Positions 1 through 9,656 are shown, counted from the first letter of the stretch. The stretch is DNA of 64,000 bases from Bacteroidota bacterium (GCA_023432985.1 JAEZEQ010000040.1:9190-73189); one strand, 5' to 3'. Numbers and translations are program-made. Notes: generated by a model not told the origin, from the letters alone.

Positions 1-1047
1 TGCTGCCAAAAATGAAGTATGTCCCTGCGCAGCTTGCCACATATAGGTACTTCCGGTAACCTGAGAAGGCGAAAAGCTAAAGCCGTTGTATATTTTTCCG
101 TACACGATTTTATTGGCAATCAACGCCGTCGGAAAACGGTAAAATTTCATACTACTGCCTCTGGCCACATTGGGATGAGACAAAAGACTATTCGACAAAT
201 GGGGATTTACAATCTCGTATTTCTCTTTATCCGGCAAGCCTAATCGCTGATACTCCATTACCAATCTATCCATCAAACGGGCACAAATCTGTTTGGACCA
301 GGTTCGAATTCCCTTTCCATAGACCGATACATTGGGCGAAACCAATTCATCAACAAATTTTAATCCCATCAATAAAAACACCAATTGATCCTGACTCATT
401 TCGTTGGCATAATACATTCGGTGGTTATCTTGTGCCCAGCTTTCGGCGTGAGAGGAGGCTATTTTCTTCACGCCTTCCAATTCATGCTTCATATAAACCG
501 GCACGTCATCACGCACGAAAAATCCGTCTAAGGCCTGACTCTGATAGCCAGGTGCTCCAATCCACTTGCCGCTAGCACTGTCGAAATAAGCCGGATTCAA
601 TGCCAAATAATGCGTATATCCGGGTTCGGTAGAATAATGACTTATCTGCGACGGCAATTTATCATTTGGGAAATTGTACCAACTCCACATAGCACCGCTC
701 ACACTGTCTAGCCTTTCTATCGCACGAAGGGCATAATACAATTCCACTTCTGTATTATGGGCCGGCTTACCGTGCAAATCGAGCAGTTTCCACTCACTGG
801 CCAGGATAGAAATATACCATCCCAGCCTGATGGTGCCATCACCAAAATGCGACATACTGTCCTTCTTATTATAATAACCGGCCGGTATACTATTCCCCGC
901 CTTAGCACCTACAACCAAATAATGCTCTTTCTGACGTTGTCGCGCCAACCAATATTTTTGCATATTCAACTTGTCGGACCCTTGTCCCCACAGCTCAGGA
1001 AATGCCAATAACAATAAACACCCCCATACTCCAATCAGCCTTTTCAT
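1..1047 (-). CDS. hypothetical secreted protein; gene start (N-terminus) is inside the window and the 3' end runs off the window start
   Basis: Manual reverse-complement translation gives an open frame from ATG at 1045-1047 (MKRLIGVWGCLLLLAFPELWGQGSDKLNMQKYW...) to position 1 with no stop codon. The N-terminus looks like a signal peptide. It is missing from the ORF track only because no stop falls inside the window. Its start overlaps the stop (TGA 1044-1046) of the upstream gene in an ATGA arrangement. I do not recognise the family. Confidence 0.5.
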   Translation of the reverse strand, partial: MKRLIGVWGCLLLLAFPELWGQGSDKLNMQKYWLARQRQKEHYLVVGAKAGNSIPAGYYNKKDSMSHFGDGTIRLGWYISILASEWKLLDLHGKPAHNTEVELYYALRAIERLDSVSGAMWSWYNFPNDKLPSQISHYSTEPGYTHYLALNPAYFDSASGKWIGAPGYQSQALDGFFVRDDVPVYMKHELEGVKKIASSHAESWAQDNHRMYYANEMSQDQLVFLLMGLKFVDELVSPNVSVYGKGIRTWSKQICARLMDRLVMEYQRLGLPDKEKYEIVNPHLSNSLLSHPNVARGSSMKFYRFPTALIANKIVYGKIYNGFSFSPSQVTGSTYMWQAAQGHTSFLAA

Positions 1048-1889
1048 AAATCCTCCTTTCTTCCCTTGGAACGGGATTTTGATTTCTCTGTCTTTCGAAG
1101 ACGTGCATCCAATTGCAATATATAGAGGTGCAACTCCTCCACTTTACGCAATAATTGCAGATTCATCTCCATCAGGTTCACACTCGAGCGGGCCAATACC
1201 TCCGTTTCAGATTCTATATGAGGCAAATGTTTGTTGGTGGCAATAAAACTGCGTAAAGAATCTAAAGGCATTAAAGCATAGCTTTCATTAAAAACAGAAT
1301 CGCACCAACTGTTGATATTCACTTCTATTTCCTGCGCATAAAGTTTGCCCGAAACGCCCATCAATGCATCCTGGGGTACACATTCCGACCCGACGGATAC
1401 TTTCCCGTCATTACGTAAATAGAGTACATAATTCTTGAATCCATTACCTCCGTTGCCATCATCACTGAGCCAAGGTTTCCAGAAATTCATCCCACCGGGT
1501 TGATCGCCCTGAGGAGGTAAATATTCGAGTCCATACTGCATATAATAAGGAAAATTCGTATTTACATCATGGGTCCAATACATATTGGCATTGAAATTCT
1601 TATCTCCTTCCATCAGTAAATTCCCACCCCTTACATGCAATAATTCCACCGGCTTTTGCGTACCTATACCCCAATTTCCCAATTGTCCGTCCACTACCCC
1701 TCTGGGCACATTGTCGGTATAAAATACAATGGGATTTGGCGTGGTAAAACCCAGTCCCCCCGTTGCTCCAACCGGATAGGCACTGTTTAAATCGAGATTC
1801 CATGTGCCCACTTGCGCATGCAGGAATCCCATGCTACATATCCATAATAGGAATGCACTCTTCAATTCTTTGTTCCATCTTGTTTTCAT
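1044..1889 (-). CDS. tail-fiber-domain-containing secreted protein (GNxGIGT motif, C-terminal coiled coil / intramolecular-chaperone-like region)
   Basis: 281-aa ORF with a signal peptide (MKTRWNKELKSAFLLWICSMGFLHAQ). The motif GQLGNWGIGTQKPVELLHVRGG resembles the GNVGIGTTxP motif of Bacteroidota tail-fibre-like proteins. The C-terminal region LMEMNLQLLRKVEELHLYILQLDARL is coiled-coil, as in tail-fibre and endosialidase chaperone-like ends. Confidence 0.5.
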   Translation of the reverse strand: MKTRWNKELKSAFLLWICSMGFLHAQVGTWNLDLNSAYPVGATGGLGFTTPNPIVFYTDNVPRGVVDGQLGNWGIGTQKPVELLHVRGGNLLMEGDKNFNANMYWTHDVNTNFPYYMQYGLEYLPPQGDQPGGMNFWKPWLSDDGNGGNGFKNYVLYLRNDGKVSVGSECVPQDALMGVSGKLYAQEIEVNINSWCDSVFNESYALMPLDSLRSFIATNKHLPHIESETEVLARSSVNLMEMNLQLLRKVEELHLYILQLDARLRKTEKSKSRSKGRKEDL

Positions 1890-1962
1890 AGTTACTCGTT
1901 TTAGATTAGATGTGCAATTTCCCCCTCTTTTCTATGGAGACAAAAACACGTAAACGACTGTG

Positions 1963-2039
1963 TTGCAAGACTTGCAAGAAGGATGCAGATTAAGAAAACC
2001 TATTGCAATTCATGCAAGAATGTTGACTTTTCTGCAAAA
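1963..2039. repeat. phased array of 6 TGCA(A/G)(G/A)A direct repeats (about 10-bp periodicity) in the promoter region of the 1044..1889 gene
   Basis: TTGCAAGA at 1963-1970 and 1972-1979, ATGCAGAT at 1983-1990, TTGCAATT at 2003-2010, ATGCAAGA at 2012-2019 and CTGCAAAA at 2032-2039. The spacings are 9, 11, 20, 9 and 20 bp, all close to multiples of one helical turn. Confidence 0.45.
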
Positions 2040-2061
2040 AAAAAGAGGTCAAACGACCTCT
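2036..2061 (-). terminator. rho-independent terminator downstream of the ppiD-like gene (also reads as a hairpin on the + strand)
   Basis: An A-run at 2036-2043 is followed by a perfect 7-bp stem AGAGGTC/GACCTCT around a 4-nt loop AAAC, then a T-run at 2061-2066. Read on the minus strand this is a stem followed by UUUUUUUU, 25 nt after the stop of the 2086..4242 gene. Confidence 0.6.
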
Positions 2062-2085
2062 TTTTTCTTTATTTAAATTTTATAT

Positions 2086-4242
2086 TTATTGATATAATTT
2101 ATATCGCATATCACGTGCATGTGCATCACTCAATAATACAGTTTGTAAGCTATTCATAGCTTGTTGCACCAACATGGAAGCAAACTGACGTTTCATCGCC
2201 CCATCAAATACCGGAGGCGCTGTACCAACGGTTTTGGAATCAACCACCAATACATATACTCCACCGCGACCAATTACAGGTCCGGCCAATTTTCCACTCG
2301 GCGCACCGGCGGCATAACCCAATACGGCTGCGTCATTTCCTAATCCGGCCACACTGTATGAATTCATGTTTACAACTCCGCTCGACATTACGGCTGTATT
2401 CATTTGCGAAGCCAGGTCTTCTATTTTCCCGCTACCCATTGCCGATTTCAATTGCTCGGATAATGTAATGCCTTTTTTATCTCTTTTGGCAAAATTTTCG
2501 AAACTTGGATCTCCTTTTAATTCTGACAATTCGGGTATACCCGGCTTACGAGCATTTGACACGGCAGCCACAACATAATTATTTCCCAATAATTCTAAAT
2601 CGCCAACCTTACCTTTCTCATTCGAAAATGCCCAGTATACCATTTTGCGCGAATTGTCTATTCCGGTTAAACCAGTTCCGGATTCACGCAATAAATCTTC
2701 ACGAATTAAATATTTTCCGGTTTTTTGCAATCTGTCAAAATCTTCAGGGGTCTTAGCTTCAGCTATAAATTCATTGGCTTGTCCGAAGGCAATACCCTGA
2801 CCATCTTCACTGTGTATTTCTTTATGCACAAATGCCATTTCTACTTGCTTAGAAGCAGAGGTTTTGGCTTCTACATGCACTATAGCAAATCCAGATGGCA
2901 AACTCACCATGTCTATTGCTCCTGTATTCATCGCAAATATACTGTCGAATATAGGGGCTTGTGCAATCATATCCCAGGTAATCCATCCTCCGGCTTGTAC
3001 AAAACCTGAATCTGCTTTTAATGCCGGATCATCATTGTATTCTGCCGCTAATTGCTTCACTGATACACCTCCCTTTGCCAAGGCAAATATAGAATCGGCT
3101 TTGGCCGATGCATTAGGCATTTCGGCACCGTTGGCATCCATGGAAGCTATAAATACCATTCTGGCTCTTGCACTGTCCGGCAACATGCGCTCGCCTGTTT
3201 TCTTGGCTAAAACGTATGAACTGCCATCTAAATATGGTCCGAATACAGACCCCGTAGCAGCCTGAAAAGCCAAAGAATCAATGGCCGAAATCAACATGCC
3301 TTTTTTATAATAACCCGGCTCACGACGTATATCGGAATGCTCGTTTACAAAATAAAGTGCATTCTCGTTTGTGATAAATTCTTCTTTCAATTCTGATACA
3401 GAAGCTAAAGCCTGCGCTGAATCAGCAGCAGATGGAACAATACGAAATACACCGTACTTCACATAACGAACTGCTTCCGAGCTTTTAAATAAATGCTTGT
3501 ATTTAGCATATGACGCTTTATAATCAGCATCATCAAGAACTACAGAACTGTCAGGAATTTCGAAATAATTCTTGGCAACAAATCGGAATGAAAAGGTGGT
3601 TCCATCGTTCACAAACTGATTCTTAAGCTCGGTAGAGGTTACCTGTATCCCTTTTTCAATTAAGGTGGTATACTTGGTCAACGCTCTATTCTGAGCAACC
3701 TGATCTTCAAATGTTCTCCATTGCTTACGTTGCATTTCCCATTCGGCCAACTGGTCTTCAGGCACTGATGACTCATCAATAAACATATTGATGGTCTGCT
3801 CTAAAGCCTGATAGTTGAACATGCCCGTTGCCGGATCGGTAAATTGCTGACGCACATTCTGATCGATAAATACACCACTGAATGCATCCTTTAATTCCTC
3901 ATCCGAAACGCTTATCCCCAACTCGGCTAAACGCGGTGCATATACATATTTATACTGATACTCTCCCCACAATTGCTCCTCTATAGATTTACGCACCTCT
4001 TCGGTAAATTCCATTTCCGGATTCAATTGTTGATAATATCTTTCTAGATTTTCTAAATCAACCGAGTATCGATCGGCCTTAATTTCTTCACCGCCCATAA
4101 TACCCACGGTATTTTGTTCGCTGTTAAAAAAATAAGCGCCGCTGGTTAACAAATCGCCTAAAATAAACGCCAATAGCGCCATTCCTACGAATACAATCAT
4201 AAGAACGCCCATGCGATTTCGAATCTTTCCAATAACTGCCAT
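2086..4242 (-). CDS. periplasmic peptidyl-prolyl cis-trans isomerase / chaperone, PpiD-SurA-like (N-terminal TM anchor)
   Basis: 718-aa protein with an N-terminal TM helix (MGVLMIVFVGMALLAFILGDLL) followed by a long SurA-N-like chaperone region and a parvulin-like region. This is the size and architecture of Bacteroidota 'peptidylprolyl isomerase' (PpiD) proteins. Confidence 0.6.
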   Translation of the reverse strand: MAVIGKIRNRMGVLMIVFVGMALLAFILGDLLTSGAYFFNSEQNTVGIMGGEEIKADRYSVDLENLERYYQQLNPEMEFTEEVRKSIEEQLWGEYQYKYVYAPRLAELGISVSDEELKDAFSGVFIDQNVRQQFTDPATGMFNYQALEQTINMFIDESSVPEDQLAEWEMQRKQWRTFEDQVAQNRALTKYTTLIEKGIQVTSTELKNQFVNDGTTFSFRFVAKNYFEIPDSSVVLDDADYKASYAKYKHLFKSSEAVRYVKYGVFRIVPSAADSAQALASVSELKEEFITNENALYFVNEHSDIRREPGYYKKGMLISAIDSLAFQAATGSVFGPYLDGSSYVLAKKTGERMLPDSARARMVFIASMDANGAEMPNASAKADSIFALAKGGVSVKQLAAEYNDDPALKADSGFVQAGGWITWDMIAQAPIFDSIFAMNTGAIDMVSLPSGFAIVHVEAKTSASKQVEMAFVHKEIHSEDGQGIAFGQANEFIAEAKTPEDFDRLQKTGKYLIREDLLRESGTGLTGIDNSRKMVYWAFSNEKGKVGDLELLGNNYVVAAVSNARKPGIPELSELKGDPSFENFAKRDKKGITLSEQLKSAMGSGKIEDLASQMNTAVMSSGVVNMNSYSVAGLGNDAAVLGYAAGAPSGKLAGPVIGRGGVYVLVVDSKTVGTAPPVFDGAMKRQFASMLVQQAMNSLQTVLLSDAHARDMRYKLYQ

Positions 4243-4471
4243 AAATATAGTTCTATTCAGAATTTAGGGGGCGAATATACATGCAAATTTTCTAAATCAG
4301 AAATTTTATTCTATTTCATTTTATCGCCACTGCTTTTTCTTTTTTTTTTAATTTTACACACTCCCATTTTCTAGTCCATACACACTTTCTTATCCTGAAC
4401 GGCTTTTGTTTTTTGCATTTTAATAGCTTTTACGGAATTTAATTTCCCCAATAGACGAAAAATTTGGACTT

Positions 4472-6769
4472 TTGCATGCTATGATTTCTCGTGATACAAA
4501 TTGGCTCAATGAACTGAATGATATTCAGCGCGAAGCCGTAACTCATATAGACGGACCATCTATGATTATTGCCGGCGCAGGTTCCGGTAAGACCCGCGTT
4601 ATAACCTATAGAATCGCTTATCTCCTCAGTCAAGGTGTCGACGCTTTTCAAATTCTTTCGCTCACTTTTACCAATAAAGCTGCCCGCGAAATGAAAGAAC
4701 GTATCGTGAAAATTACCGGTGAAAAGGAGGCTAAAAATTTATGGATGGGTACTTTTCACTCTATTTTTTCCCGTATTCTGCGCGTGGAAGCGGAAAAAAT
4801 TAATTACAATACCAATTTCACTATCTACGATACGGAAGACAGCAGAAGCCTTATCCGATCTATTCTTAAAGAAATGAACCTCGATGATAAGGTCTATAAA
4901 CCCAATCAGGTTCAAGCCCGCATCTCGGAGTCGAAAAATAAACTGATCTCCGCTACCGCATACCTACAAAATGAACATATTATTGCGGATGACTATGCCA
5001 ATGGTAAACCCAAATTAGGCGAAATTTATATGGCATACCAAAAAAGATTATTCAAATCTTCGGCCATGGATTTCGATGATCTGCTCTTTAAAACATACGA
5101 ACTATTCCACCGATTCCCCGAAGTACTCCATAAATACCAACAGCGTTTCAAATATATTATGGTCGATGAGTACCAAGACACAAACTTTGCTCAGTATATT
5201 ATCATTAAACTCCTCGCCGACCTTCACCATAACCTGTGTGTAGTGGGCGATGACGCTCAAAGTATTTACGCCTTCCGCGGAGCTAGTATCGAAAATATCC
5301 TGAATTTCGAAAAGGATTATCCCAATGTGCGAACCTTTAAACTCGAACAAAACTACCGAAGTACACAACATATCGTAGAAGGTGCAAATACCATCATCCG
5401 AAATAATAAATTCCAACTCAAGAAAAATGTATTTACGGAAAATGAATCGGGAGATAAAATTGCTCTCTATAAAGCCCAAAGCGATAATGAAGAAGGACGC
5501 CTTGTGGCTCAACTGATTTTTGAGGAAAAGAATAATACGCATTGCCCCAATAAGGATTTTGCCATTCTCTATCGCACCAACTCTCAAAGCCGTAGCATGG
5601 AGGAAGCTCTCCGTAAAATGAATATCCCCTACAGGGTTTACGGTGGAGTAAGCTTTTACCAACGCAAGGAAATTAAAGACCTTTTGTCTTATTTCAGATT
5701 GGCGCTGAATTTTAAAGATGAAGAAGCGCTGAAAAGGGTTATCAACTACCCCACTCGAGGCATAGGAAATACTACGGTCGAAAAATTAACCGTATTGGCC
5801 GATAAACATAATACGGATATGTTTACTGTCGCCGCGAATATTCAACGCGTCCCCGAAAATGGGATCAATGCCGGCACTCAGTCTAAACTGAATCAATTCA
5901 CTACGATGATTCAAAGTTTTGCCATTCAGGTCAAAAATCGAAATGCCTACGATGCCGCACAAACTATAGCTTCCGAAAGTAAAATCCTCAAAGATCTCTT
6001 CGACGATAAAACCCCCGAAGGTGTTAGTCGCTACGAAAATATAATGGAATTACTCAATGGTATTAAGGAGTTTAGCGAAACCCCAAATGAAGACGGCGAA
6101 CTCCAAACCCTGGATAAATTTATGGCCGATGTAGCCCTGCTTACGGACGCCGATAAGGACGATGATAACGACGATAAGGTAAGCCTTATGACCATCCACA
6201 GTGCGAAAGGACTCGAATTCCCCCACGTCTTTGTTGTGGGTATGGAAGAAAATCTATTCCCGTCTCAACTTTCTTCAACCTCGCGAAGCGAACTCGAAGA
6301 GGAAAGACGCCTGTTTTATGTCGCCCTCACACGCGCCATGACCAAGGTAAACCTTTCTTATGCCCAATCCAGATACCGCTGGGGGCAATTATCTTTTACC
6401 GAACCCAGCCGCTTTTTGTCGGAACTTGATCCCAAATTGCTCGATGTGAAATTTGCTCAACATGGTCCCAAAAAGGATAACTCAAATCTCGACCAAATGC
6501 GCGAAAATTGGGGCGGAAAAATGAGCTATAACTACTCTAAACCTCCACAATCTTCTACGCCCAAAGCAGACGAGAAATCTGATTTTATCCCCGATAATCC
6601 CAAAATTTTCAAAGAAGGAATGGTCGTACTCCACCAACGATTCGGCAAAGGAACCATTCTCTCGCTCGAAGGTTCGGGTAATGATCGATTGGCTACTATC
6701 CGCTTCGATAATGCCGGCGAGAAAAAATTATTGCTCAAATTTGCAAAGCTTAAATCTTTTGAATCTTAA
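4472..6769 (+). CDS. uvrD: ATP-dependent DNA helicase, UvrD/PcrA/Rep family (superfamily 1A)
   Basis: Walker A motif AGAGSGKTRV near the N-terminus (helicase motif I) and a TFH motif further on (TFHSIFSRIL), with helicase motifs running to HSAKGLEFPHVFV. The C-terminal 100 aa form a small extra domain. The true start may be the internal Met at 4481. Confidence 0.85.
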   Translation: MHAMISRDTNWLNELNDIQREAVTHIDGPSMIIAGAGSGKTRVITYRIAYLLSQGVDAFQILSLTFTNKAAREMKERIVKITGEKEAKNLWMGTFHSIFSRILRVEAEKINYNTNFTIYDTEDSRSLIRSILKEMNLDDKVYKPNQVQARISESKNKLISATAYLQNEHIIADDYANGKPKLGEIYMAYQKRLFKSSAMDFDDLLFKTYELFHRFPEVLHKYQQRFKYIMVDEYQDTNFAQYIIIKLLADLHHNLCVVGDDAQSIYAFRGASIENILNFEKDYPNVRTFKLEQNYRSTQHIVEGANTIIRNNKFQLKKNVFTENESGDKIALYKAQSDNEEGRLVAQLIFEEKNNTHCPNKDFAILYRTNSQSRSMEEALRKMNIPYRVYGGVSFYQRKEIKDLLSYFRLALNFKDEEALKRVINYPTRGIGNTTVEKLTVLADKHNTDMFTVAANIQRVPENGINAGTQSKLNQFTTMIQSFAIQVKNRNAYDAAQTIASESKILKDLFDDKTPEGVSRYENIMELLNGIKEFSETPNEDGELQTLDKFMADVALLTDADKDDDNDDKVSLMTIHSAKGLEFPHVFVVGMEENLFPSQLSSTSRSELEEERRLFYVALTRAMTKVNLSYAQSRYRWGQLSFTEPSRFLSELDPKLLDVKFAQHGPKKDNSNLDQMRENWGGKMSYNYSKPPQSSTPKADEKSDFIPDNPKIFKEGMVVLHQRFGKGTILSLEGSGNDRLATIRFDNAGEKKLLLKFAKLKSFES

Positions 6770-7392
6770 GCACTTTTCAATATGCTTTGAGAGGAATCCT
6801 GTGCTATTACGAATGCCGCAGCTAGCATTATGATGTCTTTTATTACCAAACGTCCCGCACCGGATAAATAAGGAAATCCATACTGCGGTGTTGGTCCGTC
6901 CCCACCCAAATTAGGCACATATACCTCGGGCGTAGTAATCAGAAAGGAAAGGGTTACTATAGACATTATTATGGTCAGTACAGCCCCCAGCAATCCCACC
7001 CGGGGATACCAAATCCCCAGTAGAACCAATATGCCGAATAACACAATAACGCTTCCTAATCCATAGGAAAAAATATAGGTATTGTTGGATGTATGCCAGG
7101 CAATATTCTTGTGTATTACCTTGCCTTCAGGGTTTTTATGTAAGGTATAAGCCGGCACTAATTTCCCATTTGCATCGGCCATTTGTTCACCCGAATGTGC
7201 ATAGAAAAATTTCATGAAGGGACTATTGGTCACAAAGGGAACAATTCCGTCGGCTTCATACTGAAATGCCTTCAATCCCCCTATCCACGCCATTACCACA
7301 AAAATGGAAATACGCAATAAATGTACCTGATTCATAGGAATCGATACGAAAAAATGAGCCGCTTTTTGAATCCATGTATTTTTCATACGCAA
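6766..7392 (-). CDS. DUF417-family (YkgB/RclC-like) inner-membrane protein
   Basis: 208-aa polytopic membrane protein with 4-5 hydrophobic segments and WIGGLKAF and KDIIMLAAAFVIAQD motifs typical of DUF417 proteins. Its stop overlaps the stop of the convergent uvrD gene by 4 bp. Confidence 0.4.
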   Translation of the reverse strand: MRMKNTWIQKAAHFFVSIPMNQVHLLRISIFVVMAWIGGLKAFQYEADGIVPFVTNSPFMKFFYAHSGEQMADANGKLVPAYTLHKNPEGKVIHKNIAWHTSNNTYIFSYGLGSVIVLFGILVLLGIWYPRVGLLGAVLTIIMSIVTLSFLITTPEVYVPNLGGDGPTPQYGFPYLSGAGRLVIKDIIMLAAAFVIAQDSSQSILKSA

Positions 7393-7650
7393 TGTTTACG
7401 AACGAAAATACATGTATCTTTCTAATGGAAAAATTACTTAACGCAGTTTTAGCTTTTATTTGGGCGGCATCAAGGCTTATCTCCTTTTTACCCCCTTCTC
7501 TCGCTTTCCGCTTCTAGTGCTGCGCAGCTATACGCTGCAATCGAGGCCGTGGCTCAACCCCATTTCCAATTTCAGCCCTTTAGCCCCTGCTCAATAAAAA
7601 TTTTACAGTCCGAGAAATGGGAATATTTTCTAATTAAAAACCCTCGATCT

Positions 7651-8649
7651 TTATACCATACGATAACCTACGGCTTGACCTACGGCTTGCAGACTATCAT
7701 ACAAAGCAATAAACTCATCGTGATTCAATTGCTGCGAAGCATCAGATAAAGCCACTTTCGGATTGGGATGGGTCTCTATCAATAAACCATCTATACCCAT
7801 AGCCATACATGCACGGGTTAAATCCGGAACTCCGTATGCATATCCCATGGCATGACTCGGATCTAGTATCACGGGCAAATTGGTATGCTCCTTCAAATAG
7901 GCTACCCCACACAAATCAAGCGTAAATCTTGTTTTGGTTTCAAAGGTACGTATGCCTCGTTCACATAATACTACATTGGGATTTCCTCCGCTTAATACAA
8001 ATTCTGCAGCCTGCACAAATTCCTGCAAGGTGCTGCCGAAGCCCCTCTTTAATAATACCGGCTTTTTTACCTGACCGCAACGACGTAATATACCCTGGTC
8101 GTACATGGCCTTAGCTCCTACTTGTATAATATCGGTATACTCAATTACATCATCTACATGCGAGGCATCGCGAACTTCGGTTATCACTTTCAATCCGTAT
8201 TTTTCACGCATTTGCGCCAAGAGTTTCAATCCCTCTAAACCCAATCCCTGAAAAGAATAGGGCGAAGTACGCGGCTTATAACAACCGGCTCTTAAAATGC
8301 CTATATTTTTGGATTTACATAATTCTGCACTTTGGGTAATTTGCTCGAGACTCTCTACCGAACAAGGTCCGGTTATCATCACCGTATTACGTGTTTCTCC
8401 CCCAATTTTGGCAAAACCTAAATCTATCTCTCTCCGATCTTTTCGGTATTCTTTCGATGCCAATTGTATATCGCTCGAGGTAATAAATGAGGTCTCTGTA
8501 TAAGCCGCCAATGATTCCGGCAACACTTTTACCGAAGAGGCCGAAACCAAAATGAAACGCCCCTCTTCTTCAAATACGATACAACGTGCCTGCTCGGCTA
8601 ATTCAATTGCCTGCGAAGCTTCTATTTCCTTTTTTAACTCTATGACCAT
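7651..8649 (-). CDS. 3-deoxy-7-phosphoheptulonate (DAHP) synthase, type Iβ, with an N-terminal ferredoxin-like regulatory domain
   Basis: GPCSVES motif and a KPRTSPYSFQGLG phosphate-binding region of the AroA(G)/KDO8PS-like fold. About 80 aa at the N-terminus resemble the Thermotoga-type DAHP synthase regulatory domain. A KdsA-type function cannot be fully excluded by eye. Confidence 0.7.
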   Translation of the reverse strand: MVIELKKEIEASQAIELAEQARCIVFEEEGRFILVSASSVKVLPESLAAYTETSFITSSDIQLASKEYRKDRREIDLGFAKIGGETRNTVMITGPCSVESLEQITQSAELCKSKNIGILRAGCYKPRTSPYSFQGLGLEGLKLLAQMREKYGLKVITEVRDASHVDDVIEYTDIIQVGAKAMYDQGILRRCGQVKKPVLLKRGFGSTLQEFVQAAEFVLSGGNPNVVLCERGIRTFETKTRFTLDLCGVAYLKEHTNLPVILDPSHAMGYAYGVPDLTRACMAMGIDGLLIETHPNPKVALSDASQQLNHDEFIALYDSLQAVGQAVGYRMV

Positions 8650-9653
8650 TATTCTCCCTTTATTAATTGCTGAAATGTTAATGCTCCGGTTAATTCATGG
8701 GCCTGATTGACAACCGGAAGGTACAATACAGGAAATTCGGCTGATTTTACATGGGATAACATCTCTCCTACCTGCATATTTTCTGTACATGTAAACGGAT
8801 GCGGATTGACAAAATCCTCTTTGACAATATTCTCTATTTTTCCGCCTCTCTTTATCAAGGCCCGACGTAAATCGGCATTGGTCGTCATCCCACACAATTG
8901 ACCGGAATGATCGGTATAAAACATAAAGCCGAATCTATATTTTTCTATCATCTCTACCGCTGCAAAAAAATCGGCATTCTCTATAGACATAACGGGAATT
9001 TCGTCCAAAGGCATCATGAAATCTTTTACTTCAAAAGCACCGTGTATCTCTCTGTGTAATAAATCCAACATGGCCAAAGCCGGATTCTCATGTCGTACTA
9101 AAAATGAGCCCGATATAATACAATCTACACCCAACGTACGCAAAATAAACGAGACTTCCCCGTTCACCCCACCATCAACATGCACACGGGCTGCAGGAAA
9201 ACGGTTCTTAAATGAACGAATTTTTCTGAAATTTACCGGATCGAAATAACCTCCGCTCTTCCCCGGTGTGGTGGCCATAAATAAAACATGTCTGCACTTT
9301 TTATAATAAGGCTCAAATGCCCGCCAATCGGTTTCTGATACTATACTTATTCCGGTTTTACTATGAGCGAAAACAGGATAATCGAAACCCTCCGGTAAAT
9401 CTTCCAGTTGAAATTGAACGTATTCGGGCTTATGCTTTTCTATTAATGGTATAAAGAGCTCGGGACGCGAACTGATTATATGTAAATCAATAGGCAAGGC
9501 CGTATAACGACGAATCTCTTCTATCTTTTCAAATAGCTCCGGCTCGTCTGAACAATCAACATGCAACATGTCGACCTTACATAACTCCAGCATTTTCACA
9601 ACCTCCTTCAAGGGTAGATTTGTATTGCTGAATACCGAAGCGCTTACTTTCAT
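8649..9653 (-). CDS. ribulose-phosphate 3-epimerase-like TIM-barrel domain fused to a C-terminal CBS-domain pair
   Basis: The N-terminal 200 aa align by eye to Rpe. HVDCSD matches the HxDxMD metal and acid-base motif, IDLHII matches the second His ligand, HVDGGV matches EVDGG, and a TTPGKSGG phosphate loop is present. The C-terminal 130 aa carry a tandem CBS pair. The start ATG overlaps the next gene in the operon by 1 nt. Confidence 0.5.
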   Translation of the reverse strand: MKVSASVFSNTNLPLKEVVKMLELCKVDMLHVDCSDEPELFEKIEEIRRYTALPIDLHIISSRPELFIPLIEKHKPEYVQFQLEDLPEGFDYPVFAHSKTGISIVSETDWRAFEPYYKKCRHVLFMATTPGKSGGYFDPVNFRKIRSFKNRFPAARVHVDGGVNGEVSFILRTLGVDCIISGSFLVRHENPALAMLDLLHREIHGAFEVKDFMMPLDEIPVMSIENADFFAAVEMIEKYRFGFMFYTDHSGQLCGMTTNADLRRALIKRGGKIENIVKEDFVNPHPFTCTENMQVGEMLSHVKSAEFPVLYLPVVNQAHELTGALTFQQLIKGE

Positions 9654-9656
9654 TTT

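Noticed and set aside
301-312. tRNA T-loop-like GGTTCGAATTCC
   Set aside because: It lies inside the open frame of gene 1..1047. No acceptor, D or anticodon arms can be formed from the flanking sequence.
19-908. Small ORFs 19..243(+) and 717..908(-)
   Set aside because: Both fall within the continuous minus-strand reading frame of the partial gene 1..1047. The 717..908 ORF is in a different frame from that gene. No independent evidence.
1044-1889. Prophage remnant around the tail-fibre-like gene
   Set aside because: A single phage-fibre-like gene with a signal peptide. No adjacent structural, lysis or integration genes were found within the 64 kb in the direction I could examine. Flanked by ppiD and housekeeping genes.
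5102-5662. 186-aa minus-strand ORF
   Set aside because: Entirely antisense within the well-supported uvrD/pcrA helicase gene. No independent signals.
7549-7749. 66-aa ORF in the GC-rich intergenic stretch
   Set aside because: Overlaps the 3' end of the DAHP synthase gene on the other strand. Low-complexity translation. No start context.
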